This document shows positions 37,161-47,368 of a stretch of 64,000 nt of DNA, one piece after another. Position numbers and translations under genes: made by a program. The stretch comes from Thermoanaerobaculia bacterium (GTDB lineage: Bacteria > Acidobacteriota > Thermoanaerobaculia > UBA5066). The notes beneath the pieces are model-generated. The model searched no databases, was not told where the DNA came from, and worked only from the letters and a program-made list of their open reading frames with translations. Position 1 is the first letter of the stretch; every line of letters starts with the position of its first letter. The stretch spans positions 3,008,001 through 3,072,000 of the forward strand of contig CAVRAY010000001.1 in the NCBI GenBank assembly GCA_963719225.1, given 5' to 3'.

Positions 37161-37942
37161 CGCGCCCGGGTCTTCAGCCAGTCCGCGAGGTCGGCCTCGA
37201 GCCGCGCGTAATCCGCGCGCAGCGTCTCCCGCATCGCGTCCTCGACGAGAGAGCCTTCGCCCAGGCGGTCGAGAAAGTGCGCCAACGCCCCGTAGCCACG
37301 CGTGTCCTTCAGCATCTCGGCCGCGGCGAGAGAGATCGCGTAACCGCCGCGCGCCTGCGACGCGGAAAAACCGGTGAAGCCGCCTTCTAGGCCCTGGAGC
37401 GAGAACGTGCCGCGCGAGGCGTAGGAACCCCCGAGCGCGGACGCGAAGGGAGCGGACGTCTTGCCCTCCTCAACCTGCGCGAGCCCTTCCTGCAGCCAGG
37501 TCGGAGCGCGTCCTTTCGCCCGGAAGTGGACGAAGCTGTGCGTCATCTCGTGCTTGAGAACGGAGAGCAGTTGCGGCGTGACGCCCGTGATCCCGCGCGC
37601 CGGCACGCGCACTCGCCCGTCGAACAGGCCGTCGGCCCAGGCGGGAGCCTGCGTGGAAACCTGGAAGTCGCGCTCGGCATAGACCACGACCACGACTTTC
37701 TCGACGGGACCCGAGCCGAAGTCCTGGACGAGGTCGGCGTAGGCCCGTTCGAGCGCCGAGAGGAGAACGCCCTCGAGCCCCGGATCCACGCGCTTCCCGT
37801 CGTAGACGAGGAGGATGCTCGAGCTCGCACGCTCGGTATAACGCTCCTCGACGCCCGAGGCGCTGCGGCGGCCCGAGGCGTCCTGCTGCGCGGCCGCGGA
37901 CGCGGCCGCGAGAAGAAGAATACACAGAATCGCCGGCTTCAT
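37157..37942 (-). CDS. Exported peptidase MA-like (gluzincin) protein
   Basis: Signal peptide; HEMTH (HExxH) and WLQEGLA; alternative GTG start 37954. Confidence 0.8.
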   Translation of the reverse strand: MKPAILCILLLAAASAAAQQDASGRRSASGVEERYTERASSSILLVYDGKRVDPGLEGVLLSALERAYADLVQDFGSGPVEKVVVVVYAERDFQVSTQAPAWADGLFDGRVRVPARGITGVTPQLLSVLKHEMTHSFVHFRAKGRAPTWLQEGLAQVEEGKTSAPFASALGGSYASRGTFSLQGLEGGFTGFSASQARGGYAISLAAAEMLKDTRGYGALAHFLDRLGEGSLVEDAMRETLRADYARLEADLADWLKTRAR

Positions 37943-37990
37943 ACGGGAAAGCACATGGCATTCTAGGCGTTCGATCCGGAGCAGCGCGCC

Positions 37991-39064
37991 TCAGGGCTGC
38001 TTTGGCGCCGAAAGCAGCTTCAGCTCGATGGACACGACGTCGTGCACGGCCCGGCCCGGGCTGCGCGCCGAGATCAGCGAGGGAAAGTCCTTCAGGTCGA
38101 GCTCCGGGCCGTCGGCTGCCAGCACCTCGTCGACCGAGAACGCCGCGGAGTACCCATCGCGTCCCGTGACGACGAGAACGGCGGAGGAAAGAGCGCGGCG
38201 CGCCGCCGCGCCTTCCGTGGGCGTGCCGAGAAAATCGAATACTCTGCGAAGAGGGACGCGCGTCGAGTCGCCACCTCGAATCTCGGCAATGGTGATTTTC
38301 TTAGAAGGGGAAAAGGGGCCGAGCAGATCGATCGCCGGCTGCTTCGATGCCGCGGCGGCGCCCGTGCCCTCTCTACCATTCGCAGAAGATCTCTCTTTCT
38401 CCGCGCGCCTCCCCACGGGGCGCTCGACGAGCCTGTCGTCCGCGGGCGCGTTCATCGATCTCTTCAGGAATCGCATGCCGGCTTCCGCCGTCTTCCAGGT
38501 CTGGCGGCCCTTTTCGTCGAATCCGCGGTCCCATTGCGTGAAGCCGTCCTGCGCCAGGATCAGCACCGTTCTCATCGTCGCCGCGGATTTCACCGTCGAG
38601 GGGCAGTCCGTTCCCGGCATCTCCCCTTCCCAGAGGTCGCCCTTCTTCCGGAGCAGCACGGCGCAACCGGGTCGCTCACGCAGGTCGCTTGCGCCGTAGA
38701 GCGCGAGGGCGGAGGGATCGCGCCACTTCCCGCGCACGAGGATGGGGTCCTTGGGGTCGAAGGCGCGCATGCGCACCGCATCCCCGTCCTCTTCGAGGCG
38801 GTAGAAGCGCTGCTGGGTCGGCTCGTCGAGCCTCGGAGCGGCGGCCAGCTCGCGATAGACGACGAGAGCGCCGTTCGCGATCCGGCTCTTCGGCACCGCC
38901 ACGACGACGACCCGGACGGCTTCCGGCGTGCCTTCGGAACCCTGGTCCTTCAGCTCGAAAGTTCCCGTGAGCCGGGCGGCGACCTCCGCGGCCCGGCCCC
39001 CGTCGGCGACGAGGGGCGCCGCGAGGAGCAGGCCGACGACGGCAGCCGCTCCCGGCGCTTTCAC
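37991..39064 (-). CDS. Exported CpcT/CpeT-family lyase-like protein with extra C-terminal domain
   Basis: GTGA overlap with typA; P..QRFYR, ERPGC, C.S, WDRGFD..G.Q.W motifs of the CpcT/CpeT family. Confidence 0.7.
   Translation of the reverse strand: MKAPGAAAVVGLLLAAPLVADGGRAAEVAARLTGTFELKDQGSEGTPEAVRVVVVAVPKSRIANGALVVYRELAAAPRLDEPTQQRFYRLEEDGDAVRMRAFDPKDPILVRGKWRDPSALALYGASDLRERPGCAVLLRKKGDLWEGEMPGTDCPSTVKSAATMRTVLILAQDGFTQWDRGFDEKGRQTWKTAEAGMRFLKRSMNAPADDRLVERPVGRRAEKERSSANGREGTGAAAASKQPAIDLLGPFSPSKKITIAEIRGGDSTRVPLRRVFDFLGTPTEGAAARRALSSAVLVVTGRDGYSAAFSVDEVLAADGPELDLKDFPSLISARSPGRAVHDVVSIELKLLSAPKQP
38294..38400. repeat. Dispersed element, inverted pair inside the CpcT-like gene linker
   Basis: Cores TTCTTAGAA 38298-38306 and TTCGCAGAA 38379-38387 + GATCTCTCTTTCT. 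Confidence 0.7.
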
Positions 39065-40899
39065 GCCTCTTCCTCCTCCAGGACCGTGCTCCTTTTCTCG
39101 GAGACCCGGCGCATGGAATGGTCGAGGATTCTCTTCCTGAGCCTCACGGACTTCGGCGTCACCTCCACGAGCTCGTCGTCTTCGATCCACTCGATGGCGA
39201 GCTCGAGAGGCATCGGGCGCGGCGGCGTGAGGCGGATCGCGAAATCCGAGCCGGACGAGCGCATGTTCGTGAGGTGCTTCTTGACGCAGGGGTTCACGAC
39301 GAGGTCGTTGGGCCGCGCGCTCTCGCCGCAGATCATGCCGCCGTAGACCTCGATCCCGGGGGGCAGGAACAGCGTCGACCGCTCCTCGAGCCGCTCGAGC
39401 GAATGCGCCGTCGTCTCTCCCGCTTCCTTGCACACGAGCGCGCCGCGACCGCGGCCCGTCACCTCGCCGCGGAAAGGCTCGTAATCGTGGAAGACGTGAT
39501 AGAGCAGACCCTCGCCCTTCGTGTCCGTCAGGAACTCGTTGCGGTACCCGAACAGCCCTCGCGTCGGGATCTTGAACTCGATCTTCACGCGTCCCGAGCC
39601 GTGGTTCGTCATGTTCGTCATCTCGGCCTTGCGCTGGCCCAGCTTCTCGATGACGGTGCCCATCGCGACTTCCGGAACGTCGACGACGAGCTCCTCGATC
39701 GGCTCGCAGGTCTGCCCGTCTATTTCCTTCAGGATGACCTGCGGGCGTGACAGCGCGAACTCGAAGCCTTCGCGCCGCATCATCTCGACGGTGATCGCGA
39801 GGTGCAGCTCGCCGCGCCCCGAGACCCGGAAGGCGTCCGGGCTGTCGGTCTCCTCCACCCGCATCGCGACGTTCGTGCGCAGCTCCTTCTGGAGGCGCTC
39901 GCCGAGGTTGCGGCTCGTGACGTACTTGCCCTCGCGGCCGGCGAACGGCGAGTCGTTCACGCGGAACATCATCGAGACCGTCGGCTCGTCGACCGCGATG
40001 GGAGCGAGTGCGACGGGATTCTCGAGATCGGCCAGCGTTTCGCCGATAGTGACTTCCTCGATGCCGGAGATCACGACGAGGTCGCCGGCGCTCGCCTCTT
40101 CGACCTCGACGCGCCGGAGCCCTTCGAACGCCATGAGCTTCACGATCTTCGCCTTCGCCATGGTGCCGTCCAGCTTGCAGACCGAGACCTGCTGGCCTGG
40201 CACGACGGTTCCGTTCACGATGCGACCGATGAGGAGCCGGCCGAGGTAGTTGTCGTAATCGAGAGAGGCCACGAGGATCTGCAACGGCGCCGAGGCGTCG
40301 CCGCCCGGCTCCGGAACCTCCACGAGAATCGCGTCCAGGAGCGGCCGGACGTCCGTCTCCGTGTGATCCACCTCGCGGCGGGCGAAGCCGTGCTTGGCGG
40401 ACGTGTACACGATCGGGAAGTCGAGCTGCTCGTCGGTGGCGCCGAGATCGACCATGAGATCGAACACCTCGTCGATGACCTGGTGAGGCCGCGCGTCCGG
40501 GCGGTCGATCTTGTTCACGACGACGAGGGGCTTGAGCCCGAGCTCGAAAGCCTTGCGCAGGACGAAGCGCGTCTGGGGCATGGTGCCTTCGGCCGCGTCC
40601 ACGACGAGAAGCACCGCGTCCACCATCTTGAGGACGCGCTCGACCTCCCCCCCGAAGTCGCTGTGGCCCGGCGTGTCCACGATGTTGATCTTCGTGCCGT
40701 GGTAGTGGATGGAGGTGTTCTTCGCGAGGATCGTGATGCCGCGCTCCCGCTCCAGGTCGTTGCTGTCCATGATCCGCTCGGTGCCCGACATCGCCTCGTT
40801 CGCGCGGAACGTCCCCGACTGCTTCAGGAGGCAGTCCACGAGCGTGGTCTTGCCATGATCGACGTGCGCGATGATCGCGATGTTGCGGAGTCCGGACAT
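39061..40899 (-). CDS. typA: Translational GTPase TypA/BipA
   Basis: [44 protein letters not shown]. Confidence 0.97.
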   Translation of the reverse strand: MSGLRNIAIIAHVDHGKTTLVDCLLKQSGTFRANEAMSGTERIMDSNDLERERGITILAKNTSIHYHGTKINIVDTPGHSDFGGEVERVLKMVDAVLLVVDAAEGTMPQTRFVLRKAFELGLKPLVVVNKIDRPDARPHQVIDEVFDLMVDLGATDEQLDFPIVYTSAKHGFARREVDHTETDVRPLLDAILVEVPEPGGDASAPLQILVASLDYDNYLGRLLIGRIVNGTVVPGQQVSVCKLDGTMAKAKIVKLMAFEGLRRVEVEEASAGDLVVISGIEEVTIGETLADLENPVALAPIAVDEPTVSMMFRVNDSPFAGREGKYVTSRNLGERLQKELRTNVAMRVEETDSPDAFRVSGRGELHLAITVEMMRREGFEFALSRPQVILKEIDGQTCEPIEELVVDVPEVAMGTVIEKLGQRKAEMTNMTNHGSGRVKIEFKIPTRGLFGYRNEFLTDTKGEGLLYHVFHDYEPFRGEVTGRGRGALVCKEAGETTAHSLERLEERSTLFLPPGIEVYGGMICGESARPNDLVVNPCVKKHLTNMRSSGSDFAIRLTPPRPMPLELAIEWIEDDELVEVTPKSVRLRKRILDHSMRRVSEKRSTVLEEEEA

Positions 40900-40981
40900 G
40901 GAGCCTGCTTTCGGGACGCGGGGCCAGAAAGCTGGCCGCCTCGCGAGCCCTGCAGTTTACCAGAAGATGCCGGTCCTCCCG

Positions 40982-41614
40982 TTACTTCTTGTGCAGGCTG
41001 CTCGTCAGGAAGGCCACGAATTCCTTTCCTCCGGGCGCGAGATCCATCGTGAGGACCAGCTCGCCGTCACTCTTCCGGGAAAAGAGCATCCGCGCCCTCG
41101 TGCCGGCTTCGGCGTTCAGGAGCTCGCGCGACACGAGGCGCACGCTCTCGGGTCCGAATTCGACGTCGAACGTCCCGCTGATGCCCGTCGAGAAGAAATA
41201 CGTGGCGACGTACCGCCGCTTCTCCCGGTCGTATGTGAAGTAGCCGACCTCCTCGATCGTCTCCTCCTTGCCGTCCTCGGCCGTCAGGATCGTGCTTCCG
41301 CGGTGGACGAGGTAATTCCCGGTGAATTCCGGCGTGAAGCGCGCGACGCGCCCTCCGACGCGCGCGCCGGATTCGGCGCTCCCCGACCACGATCCGATGA
41401 GGAAAGTGAATTCCTGAAATGGCCGCCAGGCTGCCACCGCGGCCGCCGTGGCCGGCGCGGGAGCCGCCGTGACGGGCGAGGGGGCCGCCGTGGCGGAGTC
41501 TGGGGCCGCCGCGGACGGAGTCGGAACGGGCGTGGGCGAGGGCAGAGTCTGGGCCGCGGCCGGAGCCGACGCCAGCAGGACGAGAAGCGAGAAACGGGCG
41601 GATCGGCTCCGCAT
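40982..41614 (-). CDS. Exported hypothetical beta-barrel protein with Pro/Ala-rich linker
   Basis: Signal peptide, PA-rich linker, F.FLIGSW.G start of a lipocalin-like/DUF1579-like domain. Confidence 0.6.
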   Translation of the reverse strand: MRSRSARFSLLVLLASAPAAAQTLPSPTPVPTPSAAAPDSATAAPSPVTAAPAPATAAAVAAWRPFQEFTFLIGSWSGSAESGARVGGRVARFTPEFTGNYLVHRGSTILTAEDGKEETIEEVGYFTYDREKRRYVATYFFSTGISGTFDVEFGPESVRLVSRELLNAEAGTRARMLFSRKSDGELVLTMDLAPGGKEFVAFLTSSLHKK

Positions 41615-41711
41615 CGACTTTCTGCCCTCCTCCGGAACTCTTGACGATTATAGACTTAGCAGCGCCCGAACCGCTGCGGCCGCTTTTTCGTTACGTCGAC
41701 TCAGAGGACCC

Positions 41712-42353
41712 ATGACCGCAGAGCCCCACCCCGACGCCGAGCTCGTGACCCGCTGTCAGAAGGGGGACGAGGGCGCCTGGGCGGACCTCGTCGCGTCGTA
41801 CGGGAAGAAAGTCTACGGGATCGCCTGGCACATGACGTACGACCGCGCCGAAGCGGAGGAGCTGACGCAGGACTGCTTCCTCAAGATCTGGCAGAACCTC
41901 GATCGATACGAGCCCACGGAAGCCTCGCTTCTCGCCTGGATCGCGGCGCTCTCGCGCAACCTGTGCATCGATCACTACAGAAGGAGAAAGCGGGAGAAGG
42001 GCTTCTCGTTCCTCTCTGACGACGCGGTGTCGACGCTTCTTCCGGCTACGGACGATCCGCAGGCGGACGCCGTGCGCCGCGAACGCGTGCGGATGCTGCT
42101 CGACGCGATCTCCGAGCTGCCCGATGAGCTCGCCGAGGTCGTGATCCTGCGCGACCTCGACGGTCTCGACTACCGCGAGATCGGCGATCTCCTGCAGCTC
42201 GCCGACGGCACCGTGAAGTCGCGCCTGAACCGCGCACGAATCGAGCTCGCCCGCGTCGTTCGGGGGCGTGTCGGCGCTTCGATGGGAGACGGACGGTCGC
42301 TCTATTCTCCATTCGGCCCCCGCCCCACGACCGCCACCGGAGGCGCCCGATGA
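41712..42353 (+). CDS. ECF RNA polymerase sigma factor
   Basis: AEELTQDCFLK, WI...SRNLCID, YREI..L....GTVKSRLNRAR; GAGG RBS. Confidence 0.93.
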   Translation: MTAEPHPDAELVTRCQKGDEGAWADLVASYGKKVYGIAWHMTYDRAEAEELTQDCFLKIWQNLDRYEPTEASLLAWIAALSRNLCIDHYRRRKREKGFSFLSDDAVSTLLPATDDPQADAVRRERVRMLLDAISELPDELAEVVILRDLDGLDYREIGDLLQLADGTVKSRLNRARIELARVVRGRVGASMGDGRSLYSPFGPRPTTATGGAR

Positions 42354-43132
42354 GCGCCGCCTGCCGCGCCTTCGAGCAGCGACTCGCCGAAGCCCTGGAT
42401 CGCGCCGCGGAGGGCACCACGGCTGCGGCCGCACGCGCCCTCGCGGCCTCCGACCCGCACGCGGTGGAATGTTCCGACTGCGCCCGCCTCGCGACTCTCG
42501 TCGCCGGCCACGCGGGCGTCTTCGCGTTCCTCTCGCATCCCGAGCCGTCGACCGAGTTTCTCTCCCGGCTCTCGGAGACTCCGGCGGACGTCCGCGCGCG
42601 CCAGGAGGCTTCGGAAGTCCTCTCGTTCCTCACGCCGGGAGCGCTCGCGAGGCCGGAGCCCTCCCGCGCGCTCGTGAAACGTCTCCTCGCCGTACCCGCG
42701 CCCGCGCCCTCCGGCGCCCTGTCGAACGTCTCGCGCGGCATCTTCGGCAGGCTGAAGCCCCTCGTGACGGACTGGCGGTTCGCCGTCGCTGCCGCCTACG
42801 CGGCGACGTTCCTGATCGTCGCGCTCCTGCGCCTCGATCCGATGTCGGCGGCTCGCGGCGCGGCGGACGATCTGACGTCGGCGGGCGAGCGCGCGCTCTC
42901 CGAAGCGCGCGTCGCGGCGGTGCATCGCTTCGACGAGAGCGCTCTCGGCCGGGCCGCGGCGCCGATCACGAAGCGCCTCGACTATCGCGTCTATCGCGCC
43001 TTCGCTGCGGGCCGCGCCCGGGCGATCGCGTATTCGCAGCTCGTCTTCGAAAAGATCTTCGGCGGAACGGTCGACGCCCTGCAAGCCTCGCACGAGACGC
43101 CGGAACCTTCCGAGCCCTTTCGACGTTCTTGA
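42350..43132 (+). CDS. Putative membrane anti-sigma factor (ZAS-type)
   Basis: ATGA coupling to ECF sigma; H...C..C motif (HAVECSDC); one TM segment. Confidence 0.7.
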   Translation: MSAACRAFEQRLAEALDRAAEGTTAAAARALAASDPHAVECSDCARLATLVAGHAGVFAFLSHPEPSTEFLSRLSETPADVRARQEASEVLSFLTPGALARPEPSRALVKRLLAVPAPAPSGALSNVSRGIFGRLKPLVTDWRFAVAAAYAATFLIVALLRLDPMSAARGAADDLTSAGERALSEARVAAVHRFDESALGRAAAPITKRLDYRVYRAFAAGRARAIAYSQLVFEKIFGGTVDALQASHETPEPSEPFRRS

Positions 43133-43147
43133 CGACAGGTGGAAACG

Positions 43148-43723
43148 ATGAACGACACAAGCTCGAACCCTCAACCCCCGAACCCGCCTTCCCTCTCCCA
43201 GGCGCCGCCGCCTCCGCCGATCGCTTTCGGACCTGCGGCCGCGTCGCCGGTTCCGCCGCTGCCGAAGAACCCCGGCGCCGCGGGCGTGCTCGGGATCATT
43301 CCGGGAATGGGGCACCTCTACCTCGGCCTCTACCAGCGCGCCGCGATTCTGTTCGGAGTCTGGGTCCTCTTCATCTCGCTGGCCGGGCGCACCCATGGCC
43401 CGTTCCCGGGAATCGCCATTCCGTTCTGGATGGTGTTCTCCATCATCGACGCGGTGCGGCAGGCGAAGGCGATCAACATGACGGGAAAGCCGGAAGCGAA
43501 CGTGCTCGGCTCAGACGAGCCCGTGCGCGTGAGCGGCAGCCTCACCGCGGGCCTTCTCCTCATCCTGATCGGCGGATTCCTGCTCCTCGACCGGTTCGCG
43601 ACGATCGACCTGTCGTTCCTGAACGACTGGTGGCCGATCCTCCTCGTCGCCTTCGGGGCCTGGCAGGTGTTCCGCCACTACCAGTCGAAACGCGCCGAAA
43701 GCGGCCAATCGCCCGCGGCCTGA
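43148..43723 (+). CDS. Membrane protein with TM2-like and DUF5668/LiaF-like segments
   Basis: PGMGHLYLG and GLLLILIG...WWPILL motifs; third gene of ECF operon. Confidence 0.7.
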   Translation: MNDTSSNPQPPNPPSLSQAPPPPPIAFGPAAASPVPPLPKNPGAAGVLGIIPGMGHLYLGLYQRAAILFGVWVLFISLAGRTHGPFPGIAIPFWMVFSIIDAVRQAKAINMTGKPEANVLGSDEPVRVSGSLTAGLLLILIGGFLLLDRFATIDLSFLNDWWPILLVAFGAWQVFRHYQSKRAESGQSPAA

Positions 43724-43754
43724 GCGCCCTCGTCGCACGGCCGATTGCGGGAGC

Positions 43755-44285
43755 TCAGTCCCCGAGCGAGGTGACGAGGACGATGGTCTTGGCGAGGATC
43801 GCGCCCGTGCGGGGATCGATGAAGTGGTCCTCGATGTCGATCTCCAGAGCGCCGTCCGCGCGGTTCCAGCGCGCGGATCGCCCTCTCTGGCCCGCGGCTT
43901 TCGCGACCGCGGCCGCGTCCGCCTGGATCGCGCCGCTCTTCATGCCGTCCTGAAGGTCGGCCTCGAGATTGCGCTCGGCGAAGATGAAGCGCGATTGCGG
44001 GATCTGCCTCTCGTAAGAGGCGACGCTCTCGTCCAGCGACTTCGGAGTCGTGAAGACCGCGATCTTGAGCTTGGAGAGGCGTTTTTTCAGCTCGGCCTTT
44101 TCCGCGGCACTTCGCGTCGTGTCGGCGTCGAGGCTGGCGAGGACCTGTTTCGTCTCGGCGGCCGCGCGGTCGGTCAACACCTGCGTGAGAACGGGATCGA
44201 TCTCCCCTCCCGGAGGGAACGGCACGCCGGGAATCGGCGAGGCGGGCGCCGCGAGGGCCAGCAGGAGGGCGAGAGCGAAAGGCAC
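43755..44285 (-). CDS. Exported hypothetical protein
   Basis: Signal peptide; TAGAAT 6 nt upstream of GTG. Confidence 0.6.
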   Translation of the reverse strand: MPFALALLLALAAPASPIPGVPFPPGGEIDPVLTQVLTDRAAAETKQVLASLDADTTRSAAEKAELKKRLSKLKIAVFTTPKSLDESVASYERQIPQSRFIFAERNLEADLQDGMKSGAIQADAAAVAKAAGQRGRSARWNRADGALEIDIEDHFIDPRTGAILAKTIVLVTSLGD

Positions 44286-44325
44286 GAGAGGATTCTAGCG
44301 GCCTTCGAAGGCCGCCCGCTCGCGA

Positions 44326-45894
44326 TCAGCCCTTCTTTGCGCCCTTCGTCTCTTCCTCCGCCTTGATCCCGAGCTTGCCCAGAAGGACGCTCATGTCGAG
44401 GCCCAGGGCCTGCGCCGCCTGCATCACCTGGAACATCGTCGTGGGAACGGTGCTCGCGAGGCGGTTGACCGTGCCGTTGCCGTCTCCCGACCCACCCGAG
44501 TCGATCATGACGAGCTTGTCGATGTTTCCCAGAGGGGCGGCGACGGCGCTCGCGACAGGGGCGAAGGCCTTGATGATCTCCGGGTATCGCTCGAGGACGA
44601 GGAGAGCCCGGGCGGAGTCGTCCAGCTTCGCGAAAGCCTCGGCCTTTCGAAGCGCGCCCTCCGCCTCGGCGAGCAGCTTCGCCTTGATTCCCTCCGCTTC
44701 CGCGAGGAGCTTGGCCTTGTTGCCTTCGGCCTCGGCGAGGAGCTTCGCCTTGGTTCCCTCGGCTTCGGCGAGGAGCTTCGACCGCAGCGCGTCGGCCTGC
44801 CCGAGCCCCTCCATCGCGAGCCTCTGCTTCTCGCCGTCGGCGATCGCGATGATCGCGGACTTCTTGCCCTCGGCCTCGAGGATCTCCCGCTGCCTCGAGG
44901 CTTCCGCCTGCAGGATGATCTGCATCTTCTGGGCCTCGGAAGGCTTGACGACCTCCGACAGGAGCTGCTTCTCGCGCTTCAAGGCGTCGGCCTCGGCGAC
45001 TTCCGTCTGCTTGCGCGTCCGGACCAGCTCGACCATCACCTCCTGCTCGATGACCTGCTGCCGGGCCCGTGCGTCCGCGAGCGGCCCCGACTGCTTCGCC
45101 GTGGCCTGCTGGGAGAGGACGTCCGCCTCGTACGTCGCCTTGCGGACGTCCCGCTCCTTTTCGGCCAGCGCGACGAGCGCGAGGTTCTCGTTCTCCTTCT
45201 CCTTGCCTTCCCGAAGGGAGGTCGTGGACTGGATCGTGGCTTCGCGTGCCGCGTTCGCCTCGCCGATCTGCGCGTCGCGCTTCACCTCGGCGGTTCGCTT
45301 CTTCCCGAGCGCCTCGATGTAGCCCTCGGAATCGTTGACCTTCTGGATCGTGAGGACGTCGACGCCGAGGCCGATCTTCGCGAGGTCCGACGTCGCTTCC
45401 GTCAGGACTTCCTGGTTGAACTTGGAGCGGTCGCGGACGATTTCCTCGACGGTCAGGCGGCCGACGATCGAGCGCAGGTGGCCTTCCAGGTTCTTGTACG
45501 CGATCTGCTTGATCTCGGCGGGCGTCGACCCGAGGAAGCGCTCGGCGGCGGCCGTGAGCGACTGCTCGTCGCTGCGGACCTTCACGTTCGCGACCGCCTG
45601 GACGCTCACGAGAACGCCGTCGATGTTCGGCACGTCCCGCACGTCGAGGTCGATCGGGAAAACGCTCAGGTCGAGGTACGTGACGTTCTCGAGGACGGGC
45701 CACTTCCAGCCCGCGCCGCCCGTCACCAGGCGAAACCCGACGAGCTTTCCGTCGGGCGTCTTGTGCTTTCGCCCGTAGAAGACGGCCACCTTGTTCGGCG
45801 GGACCTTGATGTAGTTGCGGACGGCCGTCATCAGGACGACGAGGAGCACGACCGCGACGAGGACGAGAAGGACGGGAAGGATGAAGGTGGACAT
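44326..45894 (-). CDS. Flotillin (SPFH domain + coiled coil)
   Basis: N-terminal TM, AAERFL, EGHLRSI, AEAE repeats. Confidence 0.92.
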   Translation of the reverse strand: MSTFILPVLLVLVAVVLLVVLMTAVRNYIKVPPNKVAVFYGRKHKTPDGKLVGFRLVTGGAGWKWPVLENVTYLDLSVFPIDLDVRDVPNIDGVLVSVQAVANVKVRSDEQSLTAAAERFLGSTPAEIKQIAYKNLEGHLRSIVGRLTVEEIVRDRSKFNQEVLTEATSDLAKIGLGVDVLTIQKVNDSEGYIEALGKKRTAEVKRDAQIGEANAAREATIQSTTSLREGKEKENENLALVALAEKERDVRKATYEADVLSQQATAKQSGPLADARARQQVIEQEVMVELVRTRKQTEVAEADALKREKQLLSEVVKPSEAQKMQIILQAEASRQREILEAEGKKSAIIAIADGEKQRLAMEGLGQADALRSKLLAEAEGTKAKLLAEAEGNKAKLLAEAEGIKAKLLAEAEGALRKAEAFAKLDDSARALLVLERYPEIIKAFAPVASAVAAPLGNIDKLVMIDSGGSGDGNGTVNRLASTVPTTMFQVMQAAQALGLDMSVLLGKLGIKAEEETKGAKKG

Positions 45895-45915
45895 GAAGAG
45901 AGGCTCCTTCGAGGG

Positions 45916-46416
45916 CTAACTCACGGGCTCGACGAGCAGCATCGCTCCGTGCAGCTCGGTGACCTTCACGAGAGCCCCTTCGCCGATCGGCTGCGGGCGA
46001 GCCGCCCTGGCCATCCGGCGCGTGGTCTGGGACTTCAGCCGGCACGTCACCTCTCCGACACCGTCGGCGGGAATGGCGACCGTGACCATGGCGGTCAGGC
46101 CCACGAGCTCGCGGTCCTCGATGAGGGAGCTCGCCTGCTGGGACCTGATGAGCTGCATGGCCGCGACGTAGATGGCGTACGTCGCGACGCCGGCGAGAAG
46201 CCCCCAGAGGGAGCTCGTGATGGGGGGCTTCTCGAGGTACCGCCCGAGGGCCCCCACCGTCCCGAACGTCAGGAGGAAGATCGCCATCGCGCGCAGGCTG
46301 AAGAACCCGACGCCGCCGACCTCGAGCTCGGGATGAGCTTCGAAATCGTGTCCCAGCAACGCCGAAGCGGCGGTCAGGAGGAGACCGATCGCCGCGAGAC
46401 TGACGAAAACGAGCAT
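45916..46416 (-). CDS. NfeD-family short membrane protein
   Basis: TM region + OB-fold (G..A.V...IP..G.GEV); canonical partner upstream of flotillin. Confidence 0.85.
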   Translation of the reverse strand: MLVFVSLAAIGLLLTAASALLGHDFEAHPELEVGGVGFFSLRAMAIFLLTFGTVGALGRYLEKPPITSSLWGLLAGVATYAIYVAAMQLIRSQQASSLIEDRELVGLTAMVTVAIPADGVGEVTCRLKSQTTRRMARAARPQPIGEGALVKVTELHGAMLLVEPVS

Positions 46417-46447
46417 CTGGCGCCTTTGGAACGGATTCTATCCCGTC

Positions 46448-47368
46448 TCAATCCCGGGTCTTCACGACGATCTCGGTCGGCTGCCCGGCGACGTAACGAA
46501 GCGAACATTCGGCGAAGCCTTCACATTTCACGCAGATTCCGTCACGGTCACCCTTGAAATCGATGGGCTTGCAGATGTTCACGCCGGGGACGACGAGCTT
46601 TCCGAGCTCGGCCGCGAACTCGCGCTGGCGCGGCGGCGGGTCGCCGCCTCCCTGAGTCGCCCGACGGAGGTCCTCGACCTTCGAGAACAGCTCGCGGTTG
46701 CGCCGCTCGAGCACCGCGTCCTCGCGCAGCGAGCCGGCCGATTTCACGGCGACGACCGCGGACTGCGCCGCCTTCTTCACCCGATACCGGCCATGGTGAC
46801 GGATCCAGAAAAAGAGGAAGCCCGCGCCGGCGCCGGCGACGGTGACGAAACCTGAGCCCGGCCGCCCCGCGAGCGTCGCCTTCAGAAGCTCCCATCCCAG
46901 GAAGGCCACGGCCAGCCACGCGAGCCACTTCACCTTCACGGGGATCACGAACATGATCAGGAACTGCATGTCGGGGAAGAGGTACGCGTAGGCGAAGAGC
47001 ATCGAGGCGCCCGCCACGACGCCCCCCGAGGTGAGGACGTTCCCCGTGGCGAGCGCGGCGAGAGACGCTCCGAAGGTCGAGATGAGCCAGAAGACCGTGA
47101 ACTCGCCGGTTCCCCACTCGCCCTCCAGCGCGGATCCCAGGATGTAGAGGATGAGCGCGCCGAAGAAGAGGCCGAAAGGCTCGCCGTGGAGGAACTGGTA
47201 CGTCACGAACGTCCACGGCCTCGCGAGAGCGGCCCTCGGATCGAACGCGAAGAGCCCGTACGTCTGCTCGGGGTTCATCTTCAGGAGGAAGAAGAAGATG
47301 AAGTGAAAGCTGCACAGCGGCAGCGTGAGGCCGAGCCTCGGCGCGAAGAGGTCGTTGCGATCGCTCAT
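46448..47368 (-). CDS. Rhomboid-like membrane protein with Cys-rich C-terminal domain
   Basis: PWT.VTYQFLH, G.ALE..WG, IPVKVKWL; C-terminal four-Cys cluster. Confidence 0.7.
   Translation of the reverse strand: MSDRNDLFAPRLGLTLPLCSFHFIFFFLLKMNPEQTYGLFAFDPRAALARPWTFVTYQFLHGEPFGLFFGALILYILGSALEGEWGTGEFTVFWLISTFGASLAALATGNVLTSGGVVAGASMLFAYAYLFPDMQFLIMFVIPVKVKWLAWLAVAFLGWELLKATLAGRPGSGFVTVAGAGAGFLFFWIRHHGRYRVKKAAQSAVVAVKSAGSLREDAVLERRNRELFSKVEDLRRATQGGGDPPPRQREFAAELGKLVVPGVNICKPIDFKGDRDGICVKCEGFAECSLRYVAGQPTEIVVKTRD

Noticed and set aside
44640-44780. Tandem 33-bp repeats (KAKLLAEAEG) in flotillin
   Set aside because: Ordinary flotillin coiled-coil repeats, explained at the protein level
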